Source of the DNA: Pseudomonadota bacterium
GTDB lineage: Bacteria; Pseudomonadota; Alphaproteobacteria; G022571365
Direction of reading: 5' to 3'
Assembly: GCA_022571365.1 (NCBI GenBank)
Contig: JACZXZ010000003.1
Location: 2,301-66,300 of the forward strand
DNA: 64,000 bases
Position numbers and translations under genes: made by a program
Notes under the pieces: model-generated
The model's database searches: none
What the model was told of the DNA's origin: nothing
What the model saw: the letters and a program-made list of their open reading frames with translations, nothing else
Shown: piece after piece, positions 1-8,950 of the stretch
Numbering within the stretch: position 1 is the stretch's first letter
How the letters are laid out: every line of letters begins with the position of its first letter

Positions 1-929
1 CTTTCGGGAACCCCCCAGGCTTCCAGCCCCTCGGCCAGGGAGTTCATCATCGGCGGCGGCCCGCAGAAATAGAATTCGTAATTGTTGGACGGCAGCAGAC
101 TCCGCAACAGGTCGACGCTCACCCGTTCGCCGTGGTGGTAGTCCTCGCCCGCGACATCGTCCTCGCCGGGATTGCTGTAGCAGACATGCAGATGGACGTT
201 TTCATTCTCCCGGGCGATGGCGCTCAGATGGTCCTTCATGATGTGCTCCTTGCTGTTGCGCACACCCAGGAAGAACCAGGTCTCGCGCTTCGAGCCGGTC
301 TCGACGATCGCGTTCAACATGCTGAGCACCGGCGTGATCCCGACGCCGCCGGCGATCAGCACCGCCGGGGTCTGCTTGGTCATGTCGAGATAGAAATGCC
401 CGCTCGGCGCCTTGACGTCGACGATATCGCCTTCATGGAGCTGGTCGCAGAAGAAACTCGAGGACAGACCCGGGGGTGCGTCCGGCTTGTCGCGTGGCGG
501 CGGCAGCTTCTTGATCGTCACCCGGTAGTGGTCGCTTTTGGGGCTGTCCGAGAGCGAATAGCAGCGGACCACCGGCTTCGGCTGGCCGGCGATGTTCAGC
601 CGGAAGGTGAGGTACTGGCCGGAGTTGAAGGGAGGCAGGGCCTTCCGGTCGTGGGGCCTGAGATAGAAAGAGCTGATGCCCTCGCATTCCAGGGACTTGC
701 GCGCGACCTGGAACTTGCGGAAACCATTCCACGACAGCTCCGTCCGCTCCCGCTCGAACCTGCGATGGGCCATGAGGCCCGCGACCCGCTCCCTGAGGTA
801 TTCCTGCTCGGCCTCGGCGCTGCGTGCGGAGAGCCTGGTGGCGCGCAGGGTGCTGGCCACGAACACGCCGGTATAGACCGCCATGGCCGCGAGAAAGGCG
901 ATCGCCGCGACATTGACCAAAACATCCAT
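1..929 (-). CDS. membrane-anchored FAD/NAD(P)-binding oxidoreductase (ferredoxin-reductase/FNR type); 3' end runs off the window
   Basis: Own minus-strand translation from the ATG at 929-927. It reads MDVLVNVAAIAFLAAMAVYTGVFVAS (TM anchor), VVRCYSLS (RxYS FAD motif), AVLIAGGVGITPVLSML (NAD(P) GGxGxxP motif) and EFYFCGPPPMMNS. The frame stays open to base 1, so it is missing from the supplied ORF track. The listed + ORF 132..980 is its antisense shadow. Confidence 0.8.
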   Translation of the reverse strand, partial: MDVLVNVAAIAFLAAMAVYTGVFVASTLRATRLSARSAEAEQEYLRERVAGLMAHRRFERERTELSWNGFRKFQVARKSLECEGISSFYLRPHDRKALPPFNSGQYLTFRLNIAGQPKPVVRCYSLSDSPKSDHYRVTIKKLPPPRDKPDAPPGLSSSFFCDQLHEGDIVDVKAPSGHFYLDMTKQTPAVLIAGGVGITPVLSMLNAIVETGSKRETWFFLGVRNSKEHIMKDHLSAIARENENVHLHVCYSNPGEDDVAGEDYHHGERVSVDLLRSLLPSNNYEFYFCGPPPMMNSLAEGLEAWGVPE

Positions 930-1216
930 CGGCTCAACTTCCTAGAGTTTACCGCGGGTCTCGAACCGGAACCCCGTTGATATCGTCGTCGATGTTGCAG
1001 ACGCCGTCCATTTCCGTGCCGCCCTTCCGCAGTCCGACACGGCCTCACGCCGCCTTGTGAATACGCTGTCGAAACCCAAAATCAGTGGCGGCCGGAACGA
1101 ACCCGGCCCGCCGTACCTCAGAGGATTAAAGTATCGTTCATTTGCATGCTGTATGCCGCCGTCCTCGGGCGCCCGGAAGCGTAAGAATGGCGAGTTCGAG
1201 CACTGTTACGGCCCCA

Positions 1217-2644
1217 TCAGAACTGGATAAGGAACTCCGTGCGTCCGCCCGAGCCCATGTCACGATCTTCCTGAAAGGAGACGAAGCCCTCGAACTGCAA
1301 CTGCACCCGCCGCCCCAACGCCTGCTGGAGTTGAAAGCCGATGGCGACGGCGTCGAAGCCCTGGTCACCGGTGTCCTTGTGGGCGGCGAGCTCGAGGACA
1401 AGGTTCCGGCGATGGTTGTCCCAGAACGCCTGATAGCCCGTGGCTATTCCAACGATGTCGTTAGGGAAGCTGCTGAGCTCCGACAAATAATTTCCCAGGC
1501 TCGGGGAGGCAAAGAGAATGCCGAGAGCCGCTAAGGCACCGCCGACGACCGGTTCGCGTCCCGCCTGAGTGAAACGATCGATGGCCAAGAAAGGGTTGAC
1601 GTAAACGATGTCATCCGACGACTCGACGGTCCACGACACCTCCGCCGACAGCAGCGCGCCGTCGGCGACCTGCGGCGTGTCCGCGTCTTCGGCGATCGAG
1701 GTGTTGACCCGGAACGTGGTGTTGAAGAGGCCCATGCGCTGCGTCGTGGAGCCGCCGATGTAGAAGGCGTCGCCGTTCGACTCGTCATCCTCGACATAGA
1801 TCATGTCAAGGTTCACCGTGCTGGTCGGCAAGTCCGCCGAGTTGAAGAGGCCGAACATGTAAGGGTCCGATCCGTCACGGAAATCGACGCGGTCGAGCGA
1901 GTCCCACCCCCACACACCGGTAATCCGCAAGTTCGACACGCCGGGAAGGCGCACGTTGTTGCGGACGAGTCCGACCGCGTCAACGGTGTCGTTGATCAGG
2001 ATGCCTTCCTGGAAAATGAGGGGCTGACGGCCGACCGAGAAGCCGAAGTCGAGCAACGTCTGCCCCTCCGGGTCGAGATCGGGAAACACGCTGCCAAGGT
2101 CACCTTCAAAGAACAGGGTCCGGATGTTCGGGTTGAATTCGCTGTTGAATCCGTCTAGCCCGTCTGGCTCGAAGACGTAGCGTGTGAACTGGCCGAACCG
2201 GTTCTTGTCCAGGGGACGGATTTGGAGGAGGATCTTTTCGGTTCCCGTCAGCTGGAGGTTGGCGAAGGCATTTAACCGATGCACCCATTCCGAGATCCGA
2301 TCTGGGATGACACCGTTGTCGAAGGTTTGCAGCGCGGTGCGGTAGGTGGCGAACACCCACAGCCTGGGCTGCCACACCGCGCCGGTCGGTAGTTCGAAGC
2401 CTTCGCCGAGCTGGCCCGTGTCGAGGAAGGGAGGGCCCAGCTCCAGGAGGAGTGACGGACGCGCCGGTATGTCCCCGACCGAGAGGTACGGTGCGGGCTC
2501 GTCGGAAAGCCGGGGGATAGGCGTCGTTTCACCTAGCGGAAAAATCCCGTCGGCTCGAGCCGATGTCGCTCCGACAACGATCATTGCCAGCGCGATGGCG
2601 GCAGCCCGTTTCTTAAACGGCGCGCCCCGATGTGATTTCCACAT
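1217..2644 (-). CDS. putative outer-membrane beta-barrel protein (porin-like)
   Basis: Sec-type leader MWKSHRGAPFKKRAAAIALAMIVVGATSARA. The C-terminal part has alternating hydrophobic/polar strand-like segments and ends in ...RTEFLIQF (terminal aromatic residue typical of OMPs). It lies 76 nt downstream of the pentaheme gene on the same strand. The family was not identified. Confidence 0.6.
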   Translation of the reverse strand: MWKSHRGAPFKKRAAAIALAMIVVGATSARADGIFPLGETTPIPRLSDEPAPYLSVGDIPARPSLLLELGPPFLDTGQLGEGFELPTGAVWQPRLWVFATYRTALQTFDNGVIPDRISEWVHRLNAFANLQLTGTEKILLQIRPLDKNRFGQFTRYVFEPDGLDGFNSEFNPNIRTLFFEGDLGSVFPDLDPEGQTLLDFGFSVGRQPLIFQEGILINDTVDAVGLVRNNVRLPGVSNLRITGVWGWDSLDRVDFRDGSDPYMFGLFNSADLPTSTVNLDMIYVEDDESNGDAFYIGGSTTQRMGLFNTTFRVNTSIAEDADTPQVADGALLSAEVSWTVESSDDIVYVNPFLAIDRFTQAGREPVVGGALAALGILFASPSLGNYLSELSSFPNDIVGIATGYQAFWDNHRRNLVLELAAHKDTGDQGFDAVAIGFQLQQALGRRVQLQFEGFVSFQEDRDMGSGGRTEFLIQF

Positions 2645-2720
2645 AAGCTGAATTCTCCCCTGGACTTTCGCCTCGAACCCTCGTTTTTTTTATGCCCGTA
2701 ACGGCAAGGCCGGGCGTGAC

Positions 2721-4511
2721 CTAATCGTCGATGCTGAAGGTAATATCTCTCTCCCACAGGACTTCGTGGCCGGCCACCACCGCGTCGGCGACCGCGCGGG
2801 CGCTCATGCCGTAATCGAAGCCCACGCCCTGGATGGCAGTGACGAGGTTGACCGGTATCATCTGCACGATCAGGCGGATGGTCGCGCGATACGGACCTTT
2901 TCCGGTCAACGCGTCACCATCGATTCGATAGCTCGCCCAGCGGTGGCCAAGGGGCTCGATGCCCTTTCTATGGTTGCGCTCGACCGTCGATTCGCCGGTG
3001 AGGATCAGCGACAGAGTCGACGGCCGGAGGAACGGGAGTGCAGTGGTCGAGTAAGGGATGGTAATGATCCGTTCCCGCTCGCCGCCGCGAACGTTCTGGA
3101 CGAGGAAGCGCGACTGCAAGGTGAAGAGCTGGTCGTCCAACGGTAGTTCGCCGGCGTGGACGTAAGACGATTCGCCATCCCGATAATCGCCATTGGGGTC
3201 CCGATCGCCCGATTTGAAGATCACCGTTCCCTCCCGGTCGGTGACCGTGACTTGCAGCCAGACCAGCCGCTCTCCGGTGAACCCGGTCGGCACGTTATGG
3301 CCGTCGGTGGCGTTCTCGACTTTCACCTTGAAGCGGATGCCATTCCGGTCCGCTTGTTCGGTCACGATCTCGCCGAGATGGTACCCGTTACGCAGCAGCT
3401 CCAGGCGCTTCTCCCGCGAATAGGCCAGCCGTTCGAGATTGATTTCGATAATCTCCCGCGCGTCCTCGCGGTCGTACCGGTCCTCCCAGATCTCGGGGAA
3501 ATCGGCCTTCATCGGACAGTCGTCGCCTAGATCGTCGAGACACGCCTCGAGCTCGTCCTCCCAGTCCTCCTCTCCCCACGAGGCGCGGTGGTCGAATTGC
3601 AGCCATTCCTCGAGCGTGGCCATCTCTTGCGCCTCGGTGTTGTGGGGAAAGATTCCCGGGTGAATGACCGAGTAATCCGGCCCCGCGAATAAATGATTGG
3701 TCAGCTTTCGCGGCTGGGTCGGGACGTCGCCGATCACGGCCGCGGGACCGTATTCGTAACCCGAGGGAATCCCCTGGACCTGGCCCATGTGACAGTCCTG
3801 ACAGGTCACGCCGCGCCCGGCGGCGGGTGACAGCCGGTATTCGCTGAACGCCTCTTCCAGCCGGAAGCCGTTGAACAGGGTCACGTCGTGGCAGCTGCCG
3901 CAGAAGGTGGAGGTGGAGATCGGGGTGAATAGCTCCACCTTGGTATGGATCTTGCGGCCCGGCTCCTCGGGATCGGTCACCACCCGATACTGGTCGGGGT
4001 TGGCCAGGACGCGCTCGAGTTCCCTATTTCCCGTCGGCCCGTAGACGGGCTGGAGGAGGTCGCCCTCGACCAGCGCGATGCGCCCGCTGATCTTGTTGTA
4101 GGCCTTGTTGACGCGGTGGCAGACGATGCAGGTGATGCCCTCCCGCGAGGTGGGATGCCGCTCCAGATTGGAGATCATGGTCGGTTCGCCGAGGTTCATC
4201 CCCACCTGGTTGTGGCAGCGCATGCAGAAGTCCCCCATGGTGCCGCTCAGCTGCGCGTTAAGGGTGTTTTGGAAAGCCAAGTAGATGGGGCTGAGCTGGG
4301 CGTACGAGTGCTGCGAGACCGACCACTCGCGGTACTGCTTCGGGTGGCAGGCGGCGCAGGTCGTCGCCGAGGGGTAGCGGCTCTCGGCGAAGAGCGCCTC
4401 GTGCGGTTCCTCTTCCTGGGCGGCGGCGGTCGTCCAGCCGAGCGTCAAAATGGCGAGGGCGGCGGAGGCGCGCAGCAACGCCCCGGCGAACCGGCCGATG
4501 CGCTTCCCCAT
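2721..4511 (-). CDS. periplasmic pentaheme c-type cytochrome
   Basis: Internal ATG at 4511 gives MGKRIGRFAGALLRASAALAILTLGWTTAAAQ (signal peptide). Five CXXCH motifs: CAACH, CMRCH, CIVCH, CGSCH, CQDCH. The C-terminal region contains NATDGHNVPTGFTGE. The 5' extension of the track ORF to 4841 overlaps the upstream gene and is Pro/Arg/Ser-rich junk. Confidence 0.85.
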   Translation of the reverse strand: MGKRIGRFAGALLRASAALAILTLGWTTAAAQEEEPHEALFAESRYPSATTCAACHPKQYREWSVSQHSYAQLSPIYLAFQNTLNAQLSGTMGDFCMRCHNQVGMNLGEPTMISNLERHPTSREGITCIVCHRVNKAYNKISGRIALVEGDLLQPVYGPTGNRELERVLANPDQYRVVTDPEEPGRKIHTKVELFTPISTSTFCGSCHDVTLFNGFRLEEAFSEYRLSPAAGRGVTCQDCHMGQVQGIPSGYEYGPAAVIGDVPTQPRKLTNHLFAGPDYSVIHPGIFPHNTEAQEMATLEEWLQFDHRASWGEEDWEDELEACLDDLGDDCPMKADFPEIWEDRYDREDAREIIEINLERLAYSREKRLELLRNGYHLGEIVTEQADRNGIRFKVKVENATDGHNVPTGFTGERLVWLQVTVTDREGTVIFKSGDRDPNGDYRDGESSYVHAGELPLDDQLFTLQSRFLVQNVRGGERERIITIPYSTTALPFLRPSTLSLILTGESTVERNHRKGIEPLGHRWASYRIDGDALTGKGPYRATIRLIVQMIPVNLVTAIQGVGFDYGMSARAVADAVVAGHEVLWERDITFSIDD

Positions 4512-4512
4512 G

Positions 4513-6444
4513 TCACAGCATCCCTTTCTTGAAAGCGGGTTCCAAGTGGTAGAGATGGCAGAGCTGGCAATCCTCGCGCACCTGGCCCTTGGCGTGGCAC
4601 GCTGTGCAGGTGGCGATGCCGATCGCCTTGAAGTTGCTGACGAAGGCGCTGGCATCCCAGGTCTTGAACGATTTCCCATAGTCGGCCGTTTCATCCAGCT
4701 TATGACACGCACGACACCCGGCCCCCGGCCCCAATAGGGTGATGTGCGGCTTGTGGGCGAACCGGGTGTAGAACCGGTCCGTGGCCCCAGGACGCGTCCA
4801 TTCGATGTTGAGCATAACGTCGGCGGCGGCGTTTTGTCCATCCGTGGGGGAAGGCGCGCTCACGGCATGGCATTTGATGCAGCCGCCCGGGCCGTCGGAC
4901 ACCGACAGCAGCTGGTTGCGCATGGCCTCGGCACGACTCCTGTCCTCCTCGTCCTCGGCTCCGGCCGCCGCGGCAATGGCGAATTCCAGCCAGGCCTTGA
5001 CAACCGGGTCGGCGTGGCCGCCGGGCCGGTAACGAATCTCGGTGCCGTCGCCGTACCAGCCGCCGAACTCGGCCTCGGCCGGCGCCTCGTATTCCAGGTT
5101 CGCGGCCCAGGCGCAGGCGGCCTGTTTGGCGGTCTCCGGGCTGAGGCCGGCGAGCAGCGCGTTGGGAGCCGCCGGGTCCGAGCGCTCGGCGATCACCTGG
5201 GCGAGGGGGCCGGCGCCGCTTGTCGCCATCGCGAGCACGAGCTCTTGCATGGGTTGCTGGTAGGCTTCCGGATCATCGCCGTCGATGCCCAGGAGATATG
5301 CGCCGATGGCCGTCGGCGAATCCCAGGAGACGCTTTCGTAGTCTTCCAGTTCCTCCTCTTCCACGGCCTCGCCCGCTGCCATGGCCGCGATGCGATCCCG
5401 GAGGCTGTCCAGCGCCTCCAGGGTGGGACCGCAGGCTTCAAGCACATCCTCTCGGTCGATCAGGTTCTCGGTAAACTCGGGCAGGTTCAGCACGACCAGC
5501 TCTTTCCGGGGAATCGCCTTGGCGTGGCACGCGGCGCAGGTCTTTTCAAAGCCGGCCGGCCGCACCTCGCGTTCGGCCGTTTCCACCTCATGGCAGGACA
5601 CGCAGCCCTGGGGTGCCCTGTCGACGTAACGCGGATCCTCGAAATGGATGTTGAAGTGTCTGGTGTGATCGAAATGAATTGCGGTGCGCTCCTGGTAGGG
5701 GAACCTGGGACCGAAGTCGGGGTGGCCGCTGGCGAAACGGGGGGCCTTGAGCTTGTGGCAGCTGTTGCATTGGGCGGCGCTCATCATGCTTATGTCGGCG
5801 TCCTCGCCCTTGTGCTCGGTGTGGCACATGATGCAGGTCGTCTCGGCGAGGTCGGCGCGGCCGGGGAAGGTGGCGTTGTGGGCCAGATTCGCCGGGCCGC
5901 CGAAGACATGGCAGGTCACGCATTGCTGGTCCAGGTCATCGGCCGAGAAGGCGGCTTTCAGCCAGCCCCGGACGCCTTGATCGTGGGCTTCGTGACAGGC
6001 GACGCAGCCGCGATCCTTGGTGAAGTTGGCATGGGCGCCGGACAGCGGCCCGGGATTGACGGAGGTCAGCGTCCCGGCGCCGTCCGGAGGGAGGCCGAGA
6101 AACGCGGCGATCAACGCCACGGTTAGCGCCACGGAGAGCAATGTCAGGCGGCCGCGATAGGCCCGCAAGGTGGGGCGCGGTACGCACGGAGGTTGCTGTT
6201 GCGAACAGGTGCCGTCGGGCAACGGCCCCTCGGCGCAGGGTCCGCCGGCGGTCCGGGGCCGGCGGCACTCGTATCGGTCGTCCTTGAAGAACGGGGCGCA
6301 TTCGGTGGTGCCGCCGCAGGTTCCGTCGATGTTCGGCCCGCGGGCGCAGGGCTTTCCCCACAGCGCCGCGCGGCCGCAGCGGTAGGGGAAGGTCGGGCGC
6401 TCATAGGCGCTTCGGTCGTGCCGGAAGCGTTCCGGGTCGATCAC
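4513..6444 (-). CDS. membrane-anchored decaheme c-type cytochrome with Cys-rich N-terminal domain
   Basis: Ten CXXCH motifs: CVACH, CVTCH, CIMCH, CNSCH, CVSCH, CAACH, CIKCH, CRACH, CTACH, CQLCH. One TM helix (LTLLSVALTVALIAAFLGL) follows a 99-aa N-terminus with 8 Cys. I chose the GTG at 6444-6442 because it forms a GTGA overlap with the stop of the upstream gene (6443-6441). The track start at 6729 would overlap that gene by ~290 nt. Confidence 0.8.
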   Translation of the reverse strand: MIDPERFRHDRSAYERPTFPYRCGRAALWGKPCARGPNIDGTCGGTTECAPFFKDDRYECRRPRTAGGPCAEGPLPDGTCSQQQPPCVPRPTLRAYRGRLTLLSVALTVALIAAFLGLPPDGAGTLTSVNPGPLSGAHANFTKDRGCVACHEAHDQGVRGWLKAAFSADDLDQQCVTCHVFGGPANLAHNATFPGRADLAETTCIMCHTEHKGEDADISMMSAAQCNSCHKLKAPRFASGHPDFGPRFPYQERTAIHFDHTRHFNIHFEDPRYVDRAPQGCVSCHEVETAEREVRPAGFEKTCAACHAKAIPRKELVVLNLPEFTENLIDREDVLEACGPTLEALDSLRDRIAAMAAGEAVEEEELEDYESVSWDSPTAIGAYLLGIDGDDPEAYQQPMQELVLAMATSGAGPLAQVIAERSDPAAPNALLAGLSPETAKQAACAWAANLEYEAPAEAEFGGWYGDGTEIRYRPGGHADPVVKAWLEFAIAAAAGAEDEEDRSRAEAMRNQLLSVSDGPGGCIKCHAVSAPSPTDGQNAAADVMLNIEWTRPGATDRFYTRFAHKPHITLLGPGAGCRACHKLDETADYGKSFKTWDASAFVSNFKAIGIATCTACHAKGQVREDCQLCHLYHLEPAFKKGML

Positions 6445-7250
6445 AGCGCGTACACGTTCACCAGAATGAGATGCCAAAGCGCCAGCGCCAGCACCGCGGC
6501 GGCCAGCGGCACATGCGACAGCGGCCACCATTTGGTGAGGCTTTGCGCGGCGTAGTGAAAATCGATCTTGTTCTTGGCCTCGGCCAGCGCCCTGAGTTTC
6601 TCCCAGTGCCGGTGTTCGGCCTCGTTGAGCAAGCGCTCGACCGAGGTGAAGTTGCGGCGCACCCAGTGTTCGGAGCCGCGGCCGCCGAGGGCGTGGTTGA
6701 GAAAGAAGCGCGGCCGGCGGAAGAACCACTCCAGCGTTTCCGTGTAGTGCCGCGCCAATGTGTCGCTGCCGGTCTCGTCCGTGCAGGCCAGCACGATATT
6801 CTGCCCCTCGTCACGCAGGTCGGCGAGCTCCCCGGGGATCCGCTCATAGATCACCTCGATCCCGGTTTGCGTCAGCCGGCGCGGATAGCTCCGCTGGATG
6901 ATGTAGCCGGCGATCCCGGTGAAGCTGACCAGGTAGAACAGCACGGCGAGCAGCTGTTCATAGGGCCCGTTGGGCCACAGCGCGCCACTGTGCAACCAGA
7001 ACAGGGCGATGGCGAAAACCCCGCCGACCGCATGCAGTTCGAGCCATGTCGTGGCGCCGCCAAGCGGCAGCATAGGGAGCTTTTTACGCAGGTTGAACAG
7101 GCCCAGTCCGACCATGACCGCGAACAGCAGATAGCCGGTCAAGATCACCGGATTCCCGAGCCTGAGGCGGACTTCGTGGGCGTGATAAGCGAGCGCTGCG
7201 AACAGCACCGCGGCGACGATCCACATGATTGCGATCTGGCGCGACCTCAT
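6441..7250 (-). CDS. integral membrane protein, candidate di-heme b-type cytochrome
   Basis: About five hydrophobic helices. Two helices each carry a His pair with 13 intervening residues: LHAVGGVFAIALFWLH and SHVPLAAAVLALALWH. There is an ATGA overlap with the upstream gene (7250-7247) and a GTGA overlap with the downstream gene. Confidence 0.7.
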   Translation of the reverse strand: MRSRQIAIMWIVAAVLFAALAYHAHEVRLRLGNPVILTGYLLFAVMVGLGLFNLRKKLPMLPLGGATTWLELHAVGGVFAIALFWLHSGALWPNGPYEQLLAVLFYLVSFTGIAGYIIQRSYPRRLTQTGIEVIYERIPGELADLRDEGQNIVLACTDETGSDTLARHYTETLEWFFRRPRFFLNHALGGRGSEHWVRRNFTSVERLLNEAEHRHWEKLRALAEAKNKIDFHYAAQSLTKWWPLSHVPLAAAVLALALWHLILVNVYAL

Positions 7251-8950
7251 TTGAGGGCGGCCGAGAACGGATCAGGCTGGTTGAAATCGACGCGGCGCAG
7301 GGCGTCGTGGGGGCAGGCGCGGACGCAGGCCGGTCCGCCGAGCTGGCCCTCGCACAAATCGCATTTGGTGGCCTTGAAGATCGGTCGGCCGCTGTCCGGA
7401 TCGGCCAGGGGCTGGCCTGACTGGTCGCGGATCTCGACCATGCGGATGTTGTCGTAGGGACAGGCGTTGGCGCAGGTGGCGCAGCCGATACAGGTGTCGT
7501 CGTTGATCACCACCATGCCGGTCTCGACGGTGCGATGGATCGCCCCGGTCGGACAGCCGATCATGCACACCGGGTCGGCGCAGTGCATGCAGGCGTTGGC
7601 GACCATCCAATGGTCGATCGTCTTGCCGTGGCGGATGAAGCGCGGGTTGCCGCCGTGGTTGGCGGCACAGGCACGGACGCAGTCGTCGCACCGCACGCAT
7701 CGGTCGAGATCGATGAGCATGGCCTGGGTGGCGTTGATGAAGCGTTCCTCGACCGCCCATTCCAGCAGGGAGTCGGCGACCAACGGCTGGTCGGGGGCGA
7801 CCATCGGCGCCGGCGGGCGGGCGACGTTCGGGAAGACATATTTTTCGAGGATCGGCGCCGGGACCCGCAGGATATCGACGTAGCCCAGGGCGGTCAGCGT
7901 CGTCCTGAGTCCGAGCTCCGTCCCCTCTTTCCAGGCCGTGTACAGCTCCTCGAACCCATAGGCCTCACCGGCCCCCAGATATGCCAGGACGTTTTCGCCG
8001 TGGCCGGCGCGCACCGAGACTCGGGCGAAACCGGCGCGGATGAGCAATACCCCGTCCGGGTAGTCCCCCTCATGGGCTATGACCGGCTCGTGCGCGGCCG
8101 TGCGTTCACCCCGCTCGCGCAATTTCTGGTACGACACGTGCCAGTCGAAGCTACCGTAGGTCTCGAACAGGGTGGCGTCGGCCACTTGTTGCAGGATCTC
8201 CTGGTCGAGCCCTGCGAACAGCGGGCTGTCCTGCAGGTGTGCCTTGAGCGCGTTTTCGCGATAGCGCTCGTCGATCCTTCGGCGCCAGCCCTCGTCGTAG
8301 CGGCGCAGCTCCCGCAAACCCTGCCAGCGGATCTCGAGCAGCACGGCGTCGGTCTCCGCAAACACGCTGGCCGTGCGCGGGATGCGTCCCAGTGCCGCCA
8401 GCTCGCCGAAGAACTCCCCTTGGCCCAGCCGGGCGGTCTTGTGCTGGTCGAGAATGGCGGGAATGTCCTGCAAGAACACCCGGACCTTTTGGGCGTCGTC
8501 GTCGGCGCGCAGGCCCCTGTCGGTGTAGCGCCGGACGTCGCGCACCTCGGGAAGCCGGCGGTTCGTCCACAGCTGCCCCAGGGCTTCGAAGAAACCCTTC
8601 TCATGCGGCGCTTGGCGGCCCAGAAGATTGCTCGGCAGGGAGGGCGCCAAGACAACACGCAGCTTGCCTTCAAGCACGAGGAAGGCCGAGCTGCCGTAGT
8701 CGCCCTCGCGGACCACGATGTCGCCCGCGGTGTAGTGCATGATCCGCGTGTCGTTCTTGAGGATGCCTTTAAGCGGGGTGTGGCCGGGGAATTTGTCGGC
8801 GTGGATCGCCGCGATCTCGGGCCGCTGGATCAGCAGCGCCACATCCTCCCCGGTCATGTCCGGGCCGAAGGGCGTGTCCCACCGCTGCGGGCGGGCCATG
8901 GTCGCGACCTGTATCATGGTATCGCCTTCGGGCGTTCTCCTCGGCCGCAT
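7247..8950 (-). CDS. cyclic-nucleotide-binding (2 domains) / four-cluster [4Fe-4S] ferredoxin fusion protein
   Basis: The N-terminal half has CAP-type cNMP motifs (GDIVVREGDYGSSAFLVLEGKL ... FFGELAALGRIPRTASV) and a second degenerate copy. The C-terminal half has CVRCDDCVRAC, CMHCADPVCMIGCP, CIGCATCANACP and CDLCEGQLGGPACVRACP, a DmsB/NrfC/HybA-like arrangement. No Tat or Sec leader is present. Alternative starts are at 8917 (MIQV, preceded by GAAGG) and 8899. Confidence 0.85.
   Translation of the reverse strand: MRPRRTPEGDTMIQVATMARPQRWDTPFGPDMTGEDVALLIQRPEIAAIHADKFPGHTPLKGILKNDTRIMHYTAGDIVVREGDYGSSAFLVLEGKLRVVLAPSLPSNLLGRQAPHEKGFFEALGQLWTNRRLPEVRDVRRYTDRGLRADDDAQKVRVFLQDIPAILDQHKTARLGQGEFFGELAALGRIPRTASVFAETDAVLLEIRWQGLRELRRYDEGWRRRIDERYRENALKAHLQDSPLFAGLDQEILQQVADATLFETYGSFDWHVSYQKLRERGERTAAHEPVIAHEGDYPDGVLLIRAGFARVSVRAGHGENVLAYLGAGEAYGFEELYTAWKEGTELGLRTTLTALGYVDILRVPAPILEKYVFPNVARPPAPMVAPDQPLVADSLLEWAVEERFINATQAMLIDLDRCVRCDDCVRACAANHGGNPRFIRHGKTIDHWMVANACMHCADPVCMIGCPTGAIHRTVETGMVVINDDTCIGCATCANACPYDNIRMVEIRDQSGQPLADPDSGRPIFKATKCDLCEGQLGGPACVRACPHDALRRVDFNQPDPFSAALK

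Noticed and set aside
4513-6729. Long 5' extensions of the two cytochrome ORFs (track starts at 6729 and 4841)
   Set aside because: The extensions overlap the preceding genes by 290-330 nt and translate to Pro/Arg/Gly-rich sequence. The internal starts at GTG 6444 and ATG 4511 give proper N-termini and tight coupling to the upstream stops.
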